Source: a candidate division FCPU426 bacterium (GTDB lineage Bacteria > Oederibacteriota > Muellerivitia > Muellerivitales > Muellerivitaceae). Taken from it: DNA of 64,000 nucleotides. Positions within the stretch are counted from its first letter, which is position 1. Each line of letters begins with the position of its first letter. This document shows positions 55,601 to 64,000 of this stretch, in pieces. The stretch lies in the NCBI GenBank assembly GCA_963738405.1, contig CAVTWJ010000014.1, forward strand, positions 160,001 to 224,000. The letters run 5' to 3'. Made by a program: the position numbers and the translations under genes. Under the pieces are notes generated by a model. It was given only the letters and a program-made list of their open reading frames with translations. It made no database searches and was not told where the DNA came from.

Positions 55601-56615
55601 GGTTGAACCAAGTGTAGGGCCAAGCCGCCTGTTCCGCAGCCGCTTGGGCCTGGGCGTCCGCCCAAAGCACCCGAGCCTTGAGCGAAACGGGATCGCTGGA
55701 GGAACCGGTGTACTGGTTGGCGTAAATAAAAGCGGGTCCGAAGGTCTTGGATGAAAAAGTTCCCGCGGGCTGGTCTTGAGTCAGGCCGAACCCGTAGTGG
55801 CCGCCTCCGAACATGTCCAACAAAGTGTTTCCAATGTGCTCGGTGAGCTCCCGGTGCATCGGCCCGCCGTCTTCAAACTCGTGACTGGGCAGCGTCTGCC
55901 AGACGCCGTATTTGGAGGTCGAAGAAGCCCAACCCCAGGTATCCACTTGGCCCAGGGGAGAGCTGTAGGAATATTTGCAATTCGTGAGTCCGTTATAGGG
56001 TCCGGCGGTATATTGCATCACTTCCGGGGGCGCGCCCGGCACGGTGGTTACCGCGGTACTGGGAGGCGCCATCTGCCGGAATCGGTAGGGATCCACGCAC
56101 AGCCAGTCGAACGCGGAGCCGACGTACATATTGGTGCGCAGTTCGGCGCCGGGGTAGTCGGGGTAGCCTGCCTCGTGGGTGAGGACCATGGTGTCGTAGA
56201 TGCCCTGTTGTCCGCGCAGTAGATCGTAATAGACGGCCATGTCCATGGGGCTAGCGGTTGATTGCAGCCACACTTCCGCCTGGTTGCCGCCGTTGTTGGC
56301 GGGGTTCACGCTCAGCGTATAAACCGTATTGGCCAGGGTGGGCCCGCCGGAACCGTCGAAGTAAAAGTACCCTCCTCCGTTTCCTCCTGATAGGAGGTTC
56401 GTACCGTTGTAGGTGAAGTTGGTGATATTCCCGTTGGATTTGTTGATGGTAATAGAGACGATGCCGTTCGCGAGGACCACGGTTCCGCCGTTATCAGTCA
56501 CGGTCACGTTGGCGCCGGTGCCGGTACCGCCTCCGGCAACGTTCGCGAAGGTGTTAGGGACGCAAAATGAGACGGCTCCCAACAGGAAAAGGAAAATGAT
56601 TTTAATTCGGTTCAT
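52653..56615 (-). CDS. Secreted rhamnogalacturonan lyase (PL4) + Pro/Thr stalk + CBM3 + T9SS-like CTD
   Basis: LANGIVSITI, KYSYS, EF..GGP..REL, HYG, WPYTWF, NVLPGTYNLWA, WEIGSPDR..EF, YDYLRLE. Confidence 0.88.
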   Translation of the reverse strand: MNRIKIIFLFLLGAVSFCVPNTFANVAGGGTGTGANVTVTDNGGTVVLANGIVSITINKSNGNITNFTYNGTNLLSGGNGGGYFYFDGSGGPTLANTVYTLSVNPANNGGNQAEVWLQSTASPMDMAVYYDLLRGQQGIYDTMVLTHEAGYPDYPGAELRTNMYVGSAFDWLCVDPYRFRQMAPPSTAVTTVPGAPPEVMQYTAGPYNGLTNCKYSYSSPLGQVDTWGWASSTSKYGVWQTLPSHEFEDGGPMHRELTEHIGNTLLDMFGGGHYGFGLTQDQPAGTFSSKTFGPAFIYANQYTGSSSDPVSLKARVLWADAQAQAAAEQAAWPYTWFNPQPVAGATGTVYPQASSRATVSGTLGINDPNNPGTSPVSLWIGLAPVDGGVDFQQQYFTSQFWVRTGTGGTFSIPNVLPGTYNLWAFGPGVIGTFEQANVSVTAGQSLNLGTLTWSPLRLGPTVWEIGSPDRNSNEFNNGEHQSTPYSGILPAYAGGPPYDVPAAWGAFMAYPAQYPNGVSFVVGTSDPGTAWDYCQPTVSNGSGGFNGSTSKIFFNLATAPTTSQTARLYIAFASAFSSACILTINGTVQTASVMGSTDGNYTTITNATTGFYPPNVSFDSILRLGSQGAWGDAYLNFAGNKLKAGMNEIDIGMRATGGAGVGNGFEYDYLRLELTGFPTPTPTVGTGATATKTNTPLPPTATSTRTNTAVPTATSTSSSTPSRTPTPSNTPTASATGTATATKTNTAVPPTSTPTTTATSTATATRTNTAIPPTSTNTSIPPTATATSTKTNTAVPPTATATNSPVPPSPTSTQTPVPPTATNTNSPVPPTSTNTLVPPTSTSTSVPATSTSTLVPPTVTSTNSPVPATSTSTSVPPTTTNTPVPATPTMTQTPVPPTSTSTPVPATSTSTPVPPTSTSTSTPVPPTTTRTATPVPPTSTSTATNTNSPVPSSPTRTPTSTFTALPPTATATNTLVSTSTSTATRTNTPVPPTSTGTSTPTGTATRTASPTPSRTPVPPTMTFTVTPLPTDTPTPTVIVASTSFKIQLLSGVTSGTTNSPHPQIQVVNTGTGPLSLNNVQVKYWFNCDCTNQTVQAFVDWAGLMPAGTTATGDVQVSVQGTSLGGQTNYVLYTFTGNMVLQPGQAIQIQSRFNKNDWSNMAQGNDWSFAAYTSFTDWIQVTGYLNGTLTWGQEPVAAPAALTVASAVAFPNPSTGNGTTLSFVLNGNQTGAVASLLVANHPLLLDPNAKITLSIYTMAMRLIWTQTVTGGAYGTTGEHELYWNERAIKGSHLANGVYILRVSVESNGQKSSVLSKILILG

Positions 56616-56648
56616 AATTCTTTCCGCTTGCAGGCGGGTTTTTTAACC

Positions 56649-56674
56649 GGTAGCGCTTTCACGTAACCGGTTAC
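56649..56674. promoter_or_regulatory. Tandem LacI-type operators between the PL4 and GH127 genes
   Basis: Perfect palindrome GTAACCGGTTAC (56663-56674) plus GGTAGCGCTTTC (56649-56660); both resemble the GnAAnCGnTTnC LacI pattern. Confidence 0.65.
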
Positions 56675-56912
56675 AATTGGCTTAATTAAAGAAAAAGGTG
56701 CCTCTTCAAAGGCGCACTAATTTTAAGCCCTCTCTTTCTATTTTGTCCCCTCGAAAAGGAGCCTACAAAAGTAAAACGAGGAACGGGTTTAAAAGTAAAC
56801 AGGGTTTAACGCAATATCGATTCACTCCAAATGTGCTTTACTAAAACTTTACCGTGGAATAGCAAACTAAAATCCGCTTGTTTTTGATTCAATTCACTGG
56901 AAGATAGGTTCC

Positions 56913-58985
56913 ATGCCGGAAATCATCCCACCTCCCACTCCAAGCAGCCCCTCCAAACCCCGATCCCTCATGGTTCCCCTTCTTATATTAATCGTCATCG
57001 TATCGGGCATCCTGGCCTGGGCCCTTTACAAGCGCTCAGAAGAAAACCGGATGGCCAGCCACATGACCGCCCTGGAACCCCTGGTCTTCCAACCCCTCCC
57101 CTTGGGGGCGGTCAAACCACAGGGGTGGTTGTTGGATCAGTTGAAGCTCCAGGCTTCTGGCCTTTCCGGACATTTGGATGAGTTTTGGCCCGACGTGATG
57201 GGAAGCGGATGGATCGGCGGGAAAAACGAGGGCTGGGAAAGGGCTCCCTATTGGCTGGACGGCATGGTGCCCCTGGCCTATTTGACCGGCGACGAAAGGC
57301 TGAAGAAAAAGGCAACTCGCTGGATCGACTATATTCTCAAACATCAGTTGGCCGACGGATGGCTGGGGCCCGAAAAAAGCCCCCCGCCTTTTGGCAGTCC
57401 GCCTGGGGCCGAAGCCCCCAACCCAAGGGACCCATGGCCCCAATTCATTATCCTAAAAGTTCTGGCCCAATATGAGGAAGCCACCGGCGACCCTCGAGTT
57501 ATCCCGGCAATGGAAAAAGATATTCAAGCCATCAGCGCCCAGATGGACCGCAACACCCAAACGATCGGCCAGGGGCTTTATGCTTGGAACTTTTTCCGCT
57601 GGGGCGATTTCGCCCTGACCCTCGACTGGCTTTTTGACCGCACCGGCGAGCCCTGGCTCTTGGACCTGGAGCGCAAGGTGGCCAGCCAAGGCTACAACTG
57701 GGCCAAGCATTTCGACGACCTGCCGGTGAAGGAACGCTCCCCCCGCTGGAACTGGCTGGGACACGTAGTGAACAACGCCATGGGCCTCAAGACTCCCGCC
57801 CTGCTTTACCGCCTGACGGGCGACAGCTACTTTAAAAAATCGACCCTCAAGGAACTTGAAAACCTGGACCGCTACCACGGCGAACCCAACGGCCTGATGA
57901 GCGGGGACGAGTGCCTGGCGGGTTTGAGCCCTTCCCAGGGTACGGAACTTTGCGCCATTGTGGAAACCATGTTCTCCATGGAAAACCTGGTGTCATTGAC
58001 GGGCGAGGTGAAATATTCGGACCGGTTGGAAAAGGTGGCCTTCAACGCCCTGCCCGCCGCCATCACCCCCGACTTCTGGGGCCATCAATACGACGAGCAA
58101 TCCAACCAGATCGCCTGTGTCTATGACCGGGAACCCGTCTATACCACGAACCGGGGCGACGCCAATCTATTCGGATTAGAACCCCAATTCGGCTGCTGTC
58201 TGGCCAACTTTCACCAGGGCTGGCCCAAGTTCACTTCCCACCTTTGGATGGGCACCCCCGACGGGGGTTTGGCCGCGATCGCCTACGCACCTAGCCTGGT
58301 AGAAACTAACATCAACGGGAACCCAGTGAAGATTCAGTTAGTGACCGACTATCCCTTCAGCGAAGACCTGGTCTTCAACGTGACAGTACAACAGAGTCTG
58401 GAATTTCCCCTCTACTTAAGGATTCCTGCTTGGGCTAAGGGTGCAACCTTGAAGTTGCCCGATGGAACGGTGCAAAACCTGGAGACGGGTAAATTTAATA
58501 AAATCCTAAGGAAATGGACTGGTGGCGAAGCCGTCACTCTGCACCTGCCTATGGGCTTCCATGTGCGCAAGGGTTACAACGATTCTTTAAGCGTGGAACA
58601 CGGCCCCTTGGTTTACAGCCTGGGGCTCAAGGAAGAATGGCATAAATTTATGCCCTTCAAGCAACAGCCGCCGGGAGAAAAGAAGTACGACTACGCCATC
58701 ACGCCCCAAAGCCCCTGGAATTTCGCGCTGATTTTGGACCCCGGCAACCCGGATAAGTACCTGACCTTTGAGGCTGGCACCTTAAAAGGCAACCCCTTCA
58801 CTTTGGAGGGAGCCCCCTCGAAGGTGATGGTTCAGGGAAGAAGCATTGAGTGGGGCTACGATCACGGGGCCTTGATTCCCCCGCCCCAGAGCCCAGTGAA
58901 AAGCGCCAGCCCGCCTGAGAATTTAGTGCTGGTTCCCTACGGCTCGACCAAACTTAGGGTCACGGCCTTTCCCGAGACGAAATAG
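56913..58985 (+). CDS. GH127-family beta-L-arabinofuranosidase-like protein with N-terminal membrane anchor
   Basis: VKPQGWL..QL, WERAPYWLDG, HVVN, GTELCAIVE, GCCLANFHQGWPKF, TDYPF, LRIPAWA, LVPYG; one N-terminal TM; no CTD. Confidence 0.85.
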   Translation: MPEIIPPPTPSSPSKPRSLMVPLLILIVIVSGILAWALYKRSEENRMASHMTALEPLVFQPLPLGAVKPQGWLLDQLKLQASGLSGHLDEFWPDVMGSGWIGGKNEGWERAPYWLDGMVPLAYLTGDERLKKKATRWIDYILKHQLADGWLGPEKSPPPFGSPPGAEAPNPRDPWPQFIILKVLAQYEEATGDPRVIPAMEKDIQAISAQMDRNTQTIGQGLYAWNFFRWGDFALTLDWLFDRTGEPWLLDLERKVASQGYNWAKHFDDLPVKERSPRWNWLGHVVNNAMGLKTPALLYRLTGDSYFKKSTLKELENLDRYHGEPNGLMSGDECLAGLSPSQGTELCAIVETMFSMENLVSLTGEVKYSDRLEKVAFNALPAAITPDFWGHQYDEQSNQIACVYDREPVYTTNRGDANLFGLEPQFGCCLANFHQGWPKFTSHLWMGTPDGGLAAIAYAPSLVETNINGNPVKIQLVTDYPFSEDLVFNVTVQQSLEFPLYLRIPAWAKGATLKLPDGTVQNLETGKFNKILRKWTGGEAVTLHLPMGFHVRKGYNDSLSVEHGPLVYSLGLKEEWHKFMPFKQQPPGEKKYDYAITPQSPWNFALILDPGNPDKYLTFEAGTLKGNPFTLEGAPSKVMVQGRSIEWGYDHGALIPPPQSPVKSASPPENLVLVPYGSTKLRVTAFPETK

Positions 58986-58987
58986 TT

Positions 58988-59425
58988 TTATTTAAGGGCT
59001 TTTTCGATCTTGTCCAAGTGGTTTCGCCGATGCAGGGCCCGATGCAAAAACCTTTCGTTCCCCACCTTCAAAAACTCGTCCACCTGCGCTTGGGTTAGTT
59101 TCTCAACCGTTTGGTCCGCGATCTCAGCCGCCGCCTTAGTGAATTTCACAACGGTTGCCGAAGGTATGGCTTCACAAAGAAGGTTTAATGGATCGTTGAC
59201 CGCGTCCGCATCGAGCGTGCCGGGCGCCTTGCCTTCCGAAATCCAGCGCTGAAACATGGTGGCTTGCCGGAAATCCCAAAAGGCCAAGTGGGCCAAGGTG
59301 ACCGATACCGACCAGCCGTTTGCCAAGCGGCGTTTGAAATCTTCCTCTTTTAAACCCGCCATGAGGGTTAAAAGCCTTTGACGCTCCTCTTGATTGTCCC
59401 GGATCATCGTTTGAAGATCGGCCAT
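58988..59425 (-). CDS. DinB-like / MDMPI N-terminal domain protein
   Basis: ERQRLL..M..L, GWSVSVTLAHLAFWD, HRRNHLDKI; ATG at 59425 after GGAGGG. Confidence 0.75.
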   Translation of the reverse strand: MADLQTMIRDNQEERQRLLTLMAGLKEEDFKRRLANGWSVSVTLAHLAFWDFRQATMFQRWISEGKAPGTLDADAVNDPLNLLCEAIPSATVVKFTKAAAEIADQTVEKLTQAQVDEFLKVGNERFLHRALHRRNHLDKIEKALK

Positions 59426-59503
59426 ATTTCCCTCCGAATAGTGCATTTTGAGAAAAGAATGAATAAAGTAAACGCATCCTAAAACAACAGCGAGGGAAAA
59501 ACT

Positions 59504-60025
59504 ATGGAAGCTCCCCAATATCCCGTCGGTCCATATAATTCAGAAGAAGATAACCAGCCTTCCCGCCGTGAAGCATTGATTAGCGTGATCGAGAAGGCAC
59601 CCCAAGCCCTTCGGGAGGCGGTGAAAGGGCTCTCGGACGCCCAGTTAGACGCGAAATATAAGAACTGGACCATCCGCCAGATCGTGCATCACTTGGCCGA
59701 CAGCCACGTGAATAGTTATATTCGATTTAAGTGGGCCCTTACCGAGGATAACCCGGTCATCAAGGCCTATGACGACGGCAAATGGGCCGAATTGGACGAT
59801 TCCAAGTTGGGCCCAATTGAAGCGCCCCTAGCCATGATGGAAGGTGTTCATAAGCAGTGGGTTGTTTTATTGAAGTCCATGACTGACGATCATTTTGCCC
59901 GAACCTTCGTGCATCCCACCAATAATCGAGTGACCGTTCTTTCTAATGCGCTGGGCATCTATGCTTGGCATGGACGCCACCACACTGGACAGATACTTTG
60001 GATGAGGGAACAAAAGAAAGTCTAA
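59504..60025 (+). CDS. YfiT/BstA-like DinB-family thiol transferase
   Basis: YPVG, WTIRQIVHHLADSH.NSY.RFK.ALTE, Y.WHGRHH. Confidence 0.85.
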   Translation: MEAPQYPVGPYNSEEDNQPSRREALISVIEKAPQALREAVKGLSDAQLDAKYKNWTIRQIVHHLADSHVNSYIRFKWALTEDNPVIKAYDDGKWAELDDSKLGPIEAPLAMMEGVHKQWVVLLKSMTDDHFARTFVHPTNNRVTVLSNALGIYAWHGRHHTGQILWMREQKKV

Positions 60026-60185
60026 CTACGTTTCAATTAGTCCGAAGCGACAGATCAGACAGCCAATATCTTGAAGCCGGGTTTCCCAATCCTGCTTGGT
60101 TGTCGAACTTTCGGAAAGCTTCTCGATCTCTTTATTACGAAGAAAACAAAGATCTCGCGCCACATAAGACGAGATTATTCCTGTT

Positions 60186-61196
60186 TTATCCGCCCCTCAG
60201 TACGTATTTACCCGTTTTCTTGGTTCCAACCTTCTCAATCAGTCCGGCCTTCATCAACGGCCTTAAAAGATTCATGGCCCCCTGCTTTGAAACACCCAGG
60301 GCTTCCCATAATTCACGGGGCGTCAGGCTTCCACGATCCCTCAAAATGGTTAAAAGTTTTTCTTGGCGGGGCAAGAGAACAACCTTTTCCGAGCCCTTCA
60401 TGCCTTTCAATCGTTGACTCCGTTCCCAAACCCTCTCCAAGGTCAGCTGAACGGCCTTTGCGTTATATTCCAACCAGCTCGTTAAATCTTCTCCGTGGGT
60501 TCGGACCATTTCTAATTGCCGATAATAGGTCTCTCTCTCTTCCCAAAAAACCTCGTCCACGGAAAATATGTGATGGGTATCAAATCCAAATCTAAAGAGT
60601 TCCCAGAGAGAAAGCATTCTTCCCACTCGACCGTTCCCGTCCGCAAATGGATGAATAGCCTCAAATCGATAATGAAGAATCCCCGAAGAGATAACTGGCA
60701 GCCATACTTTAGACTCCATGTTCCACCATTCCAAAAGTTCGCGCATCAAACCACTAACCTGTGCAGGCGGTGGCGGAAGGTGCTTTCCTACCCTCACTTG
60801 AATTGTTCGATATCTTCCAACCTCACCTTGATCCATGACCTTTGAAGCCAAAAGCTTGTGGAGTTTGAACAAATCCTCGTGAGTTATCACTTTCTTTTTC
60901 GCATTTTTTTCAACAAACCTGAGTCCCGCAAAGTAATTGAGCACTTCCCGCTTCGAGCGTTCCATTGTGGTCGGGAGTTCTTTTCCCGCCTCCAATATCC
61001 GCACTTCCGCCAAAGTAAGGGGGTTTCCCTCGATGGCGGTAGAACTGTGCCCATTGCGGGCCCGGGTGTCTTTTTGAAGGGCCGGAATCCAGGATACCTG
61101 CAAGGTGGCAGCCTGGATCTTTTCCCGCAAAGCGGAGATATCCGACAGAGTTTTGACAAGATGGTGGGTAACTGTGAATTTAGGTTCGTAAGCCAT
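60186..61196 (-). CDS. Fic-domain protein with C-terminal winged HTH
   Basis: HPFADGNGRVGR Fic motif; SSTAIEGN inhibitory helix; C-terminal LTPRELWEALGVSKQGA..LL..L..GLI. Confidence 0.9.
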   Translation of the reverse strand: MAYEPKFTVTHHLVKTLSDISALREKIQAATLQVSWIPALQKDTRARNGHSSTAIEGNPLTLAEVRILEAGKELPTTMERSKREVLNYFAGLRFVEKNAKKKVITHEDLFKLHKLLASKVMDQGEVGRYRTIQVRVGKHLPPPPAQVSGLMRELLEWWNMESKVWLPVISSGILHYRFEAIHPFADGNGRVGRMLSLWELFRFGFDTHHIFSVDEVFWEERETYYRQLEMVRTHGEDLTSWLEYNAKAVQLTLERVWERSQRLKGMKGSEKVVLLPRQEKLLTILRDRGSLTPRELWEALGVSKQGAMNLLRPLMKAGLIEKVGTKKTGKYVLRGG

Positions 61197-61208
61197 AAAA
61201 ACAGTCTA

Positions 61209-61242
61209 ATTATTAGTCAATTATTAGTCAAGTTATGAGTCA
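61209..61242. repeat. Triple tandem 11-12 bp repeat upstream of the Fic gene
   Basis: ATTATTAGTCA ATTATTAGTCA AGTTATGAGTCA; the minus strand reads TTGACT three times. Confidence 0.75.
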
Positions 61243-61253
61243 ACTCGGATTAG

Positions 61254-63998
61254 CTATCGAACCGCGAAATACTCGCATTCGGGGTGATGGATCACGATAG
61301 CGCTAGTGGATTGCTCAGGCACCATCATGTGGGCCTCCGTCAAGGTGATGCCGATGGCCTTGGTGGCGTCCAACAGCCTGAAATACTTCTCCTGGTCCGA
61401 CTGCTCGGGGCATGCGGGATAGCCGGGGCTGTATCGCTTACCCTGCCCGATAGGCAAATCCCATTCTTTGCGAACCCGGCGGTGAATCCATTCGGCCATG
61501 GCCTCGGCAGTCTGTACGGCCAGCCCGTGTAAATAATAGGAATCGGTGTATTTCCCGTCTTTATTCAATTTCTCCACCAGCTCGGTGGCCTTGTCACCGA
61601 TGGTGACCACTTGGAAAGCCACCACGTCTTTCTCACCCGAGGAGACCGGCTTGAAATAATCGGAAAGGCACAGGTGGCGGCCCACCCTTTGGCGGGGAAA
61701 CTTGAAGCGTTCCAGTTCTTTCTTAGGATCGTTGCCGTCGTAAATAATCAAGTCGTTGCCATCCGAATTGGCCAGCCAGAAGCCATAAACCAGCTTGGGC
61801 TCGAACCAGTTCTTGGCCAAAATCTCATCCTGCATCTTGAGGCGCATGGGCTCGAACTGCTCTTTGATCAGCTTCTTATATTCATCCGAATCCTTGCCCT
61901 TCACGCCCCAGTTGAGTTTGTAAAGCTGGGTCAGGTCCAGATAGGGCCAAACTTCCCTTAAAGGCACCTTGTTGATGATGGAGGTTCCCGCGAAGGGGTT
62001 TTTGGGGATGCTCAAGGCCGGTTTGACCGTGGGCGGATATTTTTCCGGCGTGGCTTCTTCCTCTTCGTGCTTCACTTCGGCAAAACCCGAGGCTTTCGAT
62101 TTCAGAGCCTCTTCCTTGATTCGGTTGCGGAAGGTTTCCCGGCTGGCCAAATCCGACAGGGCGTTCAATATATCCAATCCCTCGAAGGCGTCCTTGGCGT
62201 AGTAAACGCCCGGTTCGTAAAGTTTCTCGTCCACAAAGCTGATGCGGTAGCCGTAGCGGCGGTTGATGGCGGCGCCCCCCACGACCACGGGATATTGCAG
62301 GCCCAGCTTTTCCAATTCCTGCACGCAAATGGGCATTTGCTTGGAAGTGACAACGAGAAGAGCCGAAAGCCCGATGGCGTCGGCCTTCACTTCCTGCGCC
62401 TTGGCGATGATGGTAGAAATCGGAACCTGCTTGCCCAGGTCGTGCACGGTGTAGCCGTTGTTGGAGAGAATTGTACGCACCAAGTTCTTGCCGATGTCGT
62501 GCACATCGCCGTAAACGGTGGCCAAAACCACTGTGCCCTTGGTGGTAGCGGTGGATTTATCTAGAAACTGCTCCACGTAGGACACGGCCTTCTTCATACA
62601 TTCGGCGGATTGAAGCACGAAGGGCAAGATCAATTCTCCCGCGCCGAACTTGTCCCCCACTTCCTTCATGGCGGGAAGAAGCACGGTGTTCAACGCCTCC
62701 ACCGCCGTTTTTTCTTTCAGCACCTCCGCCAGGTCCGCCTCGATGCCGTCGGGCTTGCGGTTCACGATTTTCCAATGCACTTTCTGCGCGGGGGCCATGC
62801 CCTCGGTCGGGTCAGCGGGGCCGGAGGATTCCACCGGCGCCTTGCCAGCGAAGTATTGAATGAAATTGGCCAAGGCCTGAGGGTCTCGGTTGAAAACCAG
62901 GTCGTCGGCCATCTTGCGTTCTTCCTCGGGGATGGCCGGGTAGGGCTTGATGTCGGCGGGATTCAAAATGGCCATATCGAGCCCGGCATGGACGCAGTGA
63001 TAAAGAAAGACGGAATTCAGCACTTCGCGGGCGGGCTTGGAAAGGCCGAAGGAGACGTTGGAAAGCCCCAGTACGGTGCGCACACCCGGAATTTCCTTCT
63101 TGATGGCCTTGATGCCTTCCATGGTCTCCACGGCGGAATTGCGAAATTCTTCCTCGCCCGTGGCCAGGGTAAAGGTGAGGGCGTCGAACACGATGTCTTC
63201 CGCCGGGATGCCGTATTCGTTCACGCAGATATCGGTGATCTTCTTGGCCACCTCCAGCTTTCTCGCGGCGGTTTTGGCCATGCCCTTTTCGGCGGGTTTG
63301 GACTTGTCGTAATAGAGGTCGTCAATCGTCATGGCCACCACGGCGGCACCGTATTTCTTAATAAGGGGGCAGAGTCTTTTTACGCGCCCGCCGTCGCCTT
63401 CCAGGTTGATGGAATTAACCAGCGCCCTTCCGGGGTAAATCTTTAGGGCGGCCTCGATGACGTCCGATTCGGTGGAATCGATCATCAGGGGGGTATCGAC
63501 CCCCAGGGCCAGCTTCTTGACCACCTTCATTATCTGTTCTTTCTCGTCCACCCGCTCGGTCACGGCCACGCACACATCCAGCACATGCGCCCCGCCCTCG
63601 GCCTGGCCCCGGCCCACCGTCACCATGCCGTCGTAATCGTCGGCGAGGAGTAATTGCTTGATCTTGCGGGAGCCTTGGGCGTTCACCCTTTCGCCAACGA
63701 TAAGGGGCTTGGGGTCCTGGTCCATGGAGACCGACTTGATCATGGAAGATGCGTCGCAGATATGGGTGACGTCGCGTTTTTTGGGAGCCTGGTTGCCGAT
63801 GGCTTGAACCACCTGGCGCAGATGCTCGTGGGTGGTGCCGCAGCAGCCGCCGATCACGTTAACGCCGAATTCTTCCACAAATTCCTTAAGTGCCGCCGCC
63901 AGGGCCTCTGGTTTCAAGGGGTATACCGCCTGCCCGCCCCGGTTCTCGGGAAGCCCCGCGTTGGGAATGGTGGAAATGGGGATATTGGAAAATTGGCT
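61254..63998 (-). CDS. metH: Cobalamin-dependent methionine synthase, 5' part beyond window edge
   Basis: PNAGLP, GGCCGT, VGERVN, pterin domain, GDVHDIGKNLV B12-binding motif, RYSPGYPACP, PEQSTSA. Confidence 0.96.
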   Translation of the reverse strand, partial: SQFSNIPISTIPNAGLPENRGGQAVYPLKPEALAAALKEFVEEFGVNVIGGCCGTTHEHLRQVVQAIGNQAPKKRDVTHICDASSMIKSVSMDQDPKPLIVGERVNAQGSRKIKQLLLADDYDGMVTVGRGQAEGGAHVLDVCVAVTERVDEKEQIMKVVKKLALGVDTPLMIDSTESDVIEAALKIYPGRALVNSINLEGDGGRVKRLCPLIKKYGAAVVAMTIDDLYYDKSKPAEKGMAKTAARKLEVAKKITDICVNEYGIPAEDIVFDALTFTLATGEEEFRNSAVETMEGIKAIKKEIPGVRTVLGLSNVSFGLSKPAREVLNSVFLYHCVHAGLDMAILNPADIKPYPAIPEEERKMADDLVFNRDPQALANFIQYFAGKAPVESSGPADPTEGMAPAQKVHWKIVNRKPDGIEADLAEVLKEKTAVEALNTVLLPAMKEVGDKFGAGELILPFVLQSAECMKKAVSYVEQFLDKSTATTKGTVVLATVYGDVHDIGKNLVRTILSNNGYTVHDLGKQVPISTIIAKAQEVKADAIGLSALLVVTSKQMPICVQELEKLGLQYPVVVGGAAINRRYGYRISFVDEKLYEPGVYYAKDAFEGLDILNALSDLASRETFRNRIKEEALKSKASGFAEVKHEEEEATPEKYPPTVKPALSIPKNPFAGTSIINKVPLREVWPYLDLTQLYKLNWGVKGKDSDEYKKLIKEQFEPMRLKMQDEILAKNWFEPKLVYGFWLANSDGNDLIIYDGNDPKKELERFKFPRQRVGRHLCLSDYFKPVSSGEKDVVAFQVVTIGDKATELVEKLNKDGKYTDSYYLHGLAVQTAEAMAEWIHRRVRKEWDLPIGQGKRYSPGYPACPEQSDQEKYFRLLDATKAIGITLTEAHMMVPEQSTSAIVIHHPECEYFAVR

Positions 63999-64000
63999 TA

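Noticed and set aside
23971..56615. Cellulosome scaffoldin interpretation (CBM3 + PT linkers)
   Set aside because: No duplicated Ca-binding dockerin motifs, recognisable cohesins or SLH domains, and every CBM3 protein has its own catalytic head.

Overview
Bacterial chromosomal window, moderately GC-rich, with three parts. (1) 1-17.4 kb is an osmotic and ion-homeostasis block: otsA/otsB, an MscS-like membrane protein, DUF5752, a TreT-like glycosyltransferase, an NhaP antiporter, and kdpFABC with divergent kdpDE. Two extra small membrane ORFs flank the kdp operon. (2) 17.4-59 kb is a plant-cell-wall degradation island. Nine large minus-strand secreted proteins (CE4-like, 3x GH30, GH43, 2x GH74, GH28+GH53, PL4) share one design: signal peptide, catalytic head, long Thr/Pro stalk (+/- CBM6, CBM11-like, malectin, CBM3 or an unknown Ig domain), and a C-terminal 'YPNP...LANGxY...KLLIL[KR]' domain resembling the T9SS type-A sorting domain. 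Embedded in the island is an operon: ECF sigma, an anti-sigma whose periplasmic domain is itself FlgD-Ig/CTD-like, a non-catalytic PA14+CBM9-like CTD protein, and a PorV-like beta-barrel with a TPR tail. A 31-bp ECF-type promoter motif with identical spacing lies upstream of the sigma gene and of the two malectin/CBM3 enzymes, and LacI-type operators lie upstream of other enzymes. An AraC regulator, a headpiece-only LacI protein and a divergent GH127 complete the island. No SusC/D, cohesin, dockerin or SLH genes were recognised in the window. (3) 59-64 kb holds DinB/YfiT genes, a Fic-HTH gene and the 3' part of metH. All family calls come from motif recognition by eye; no database searches were run.
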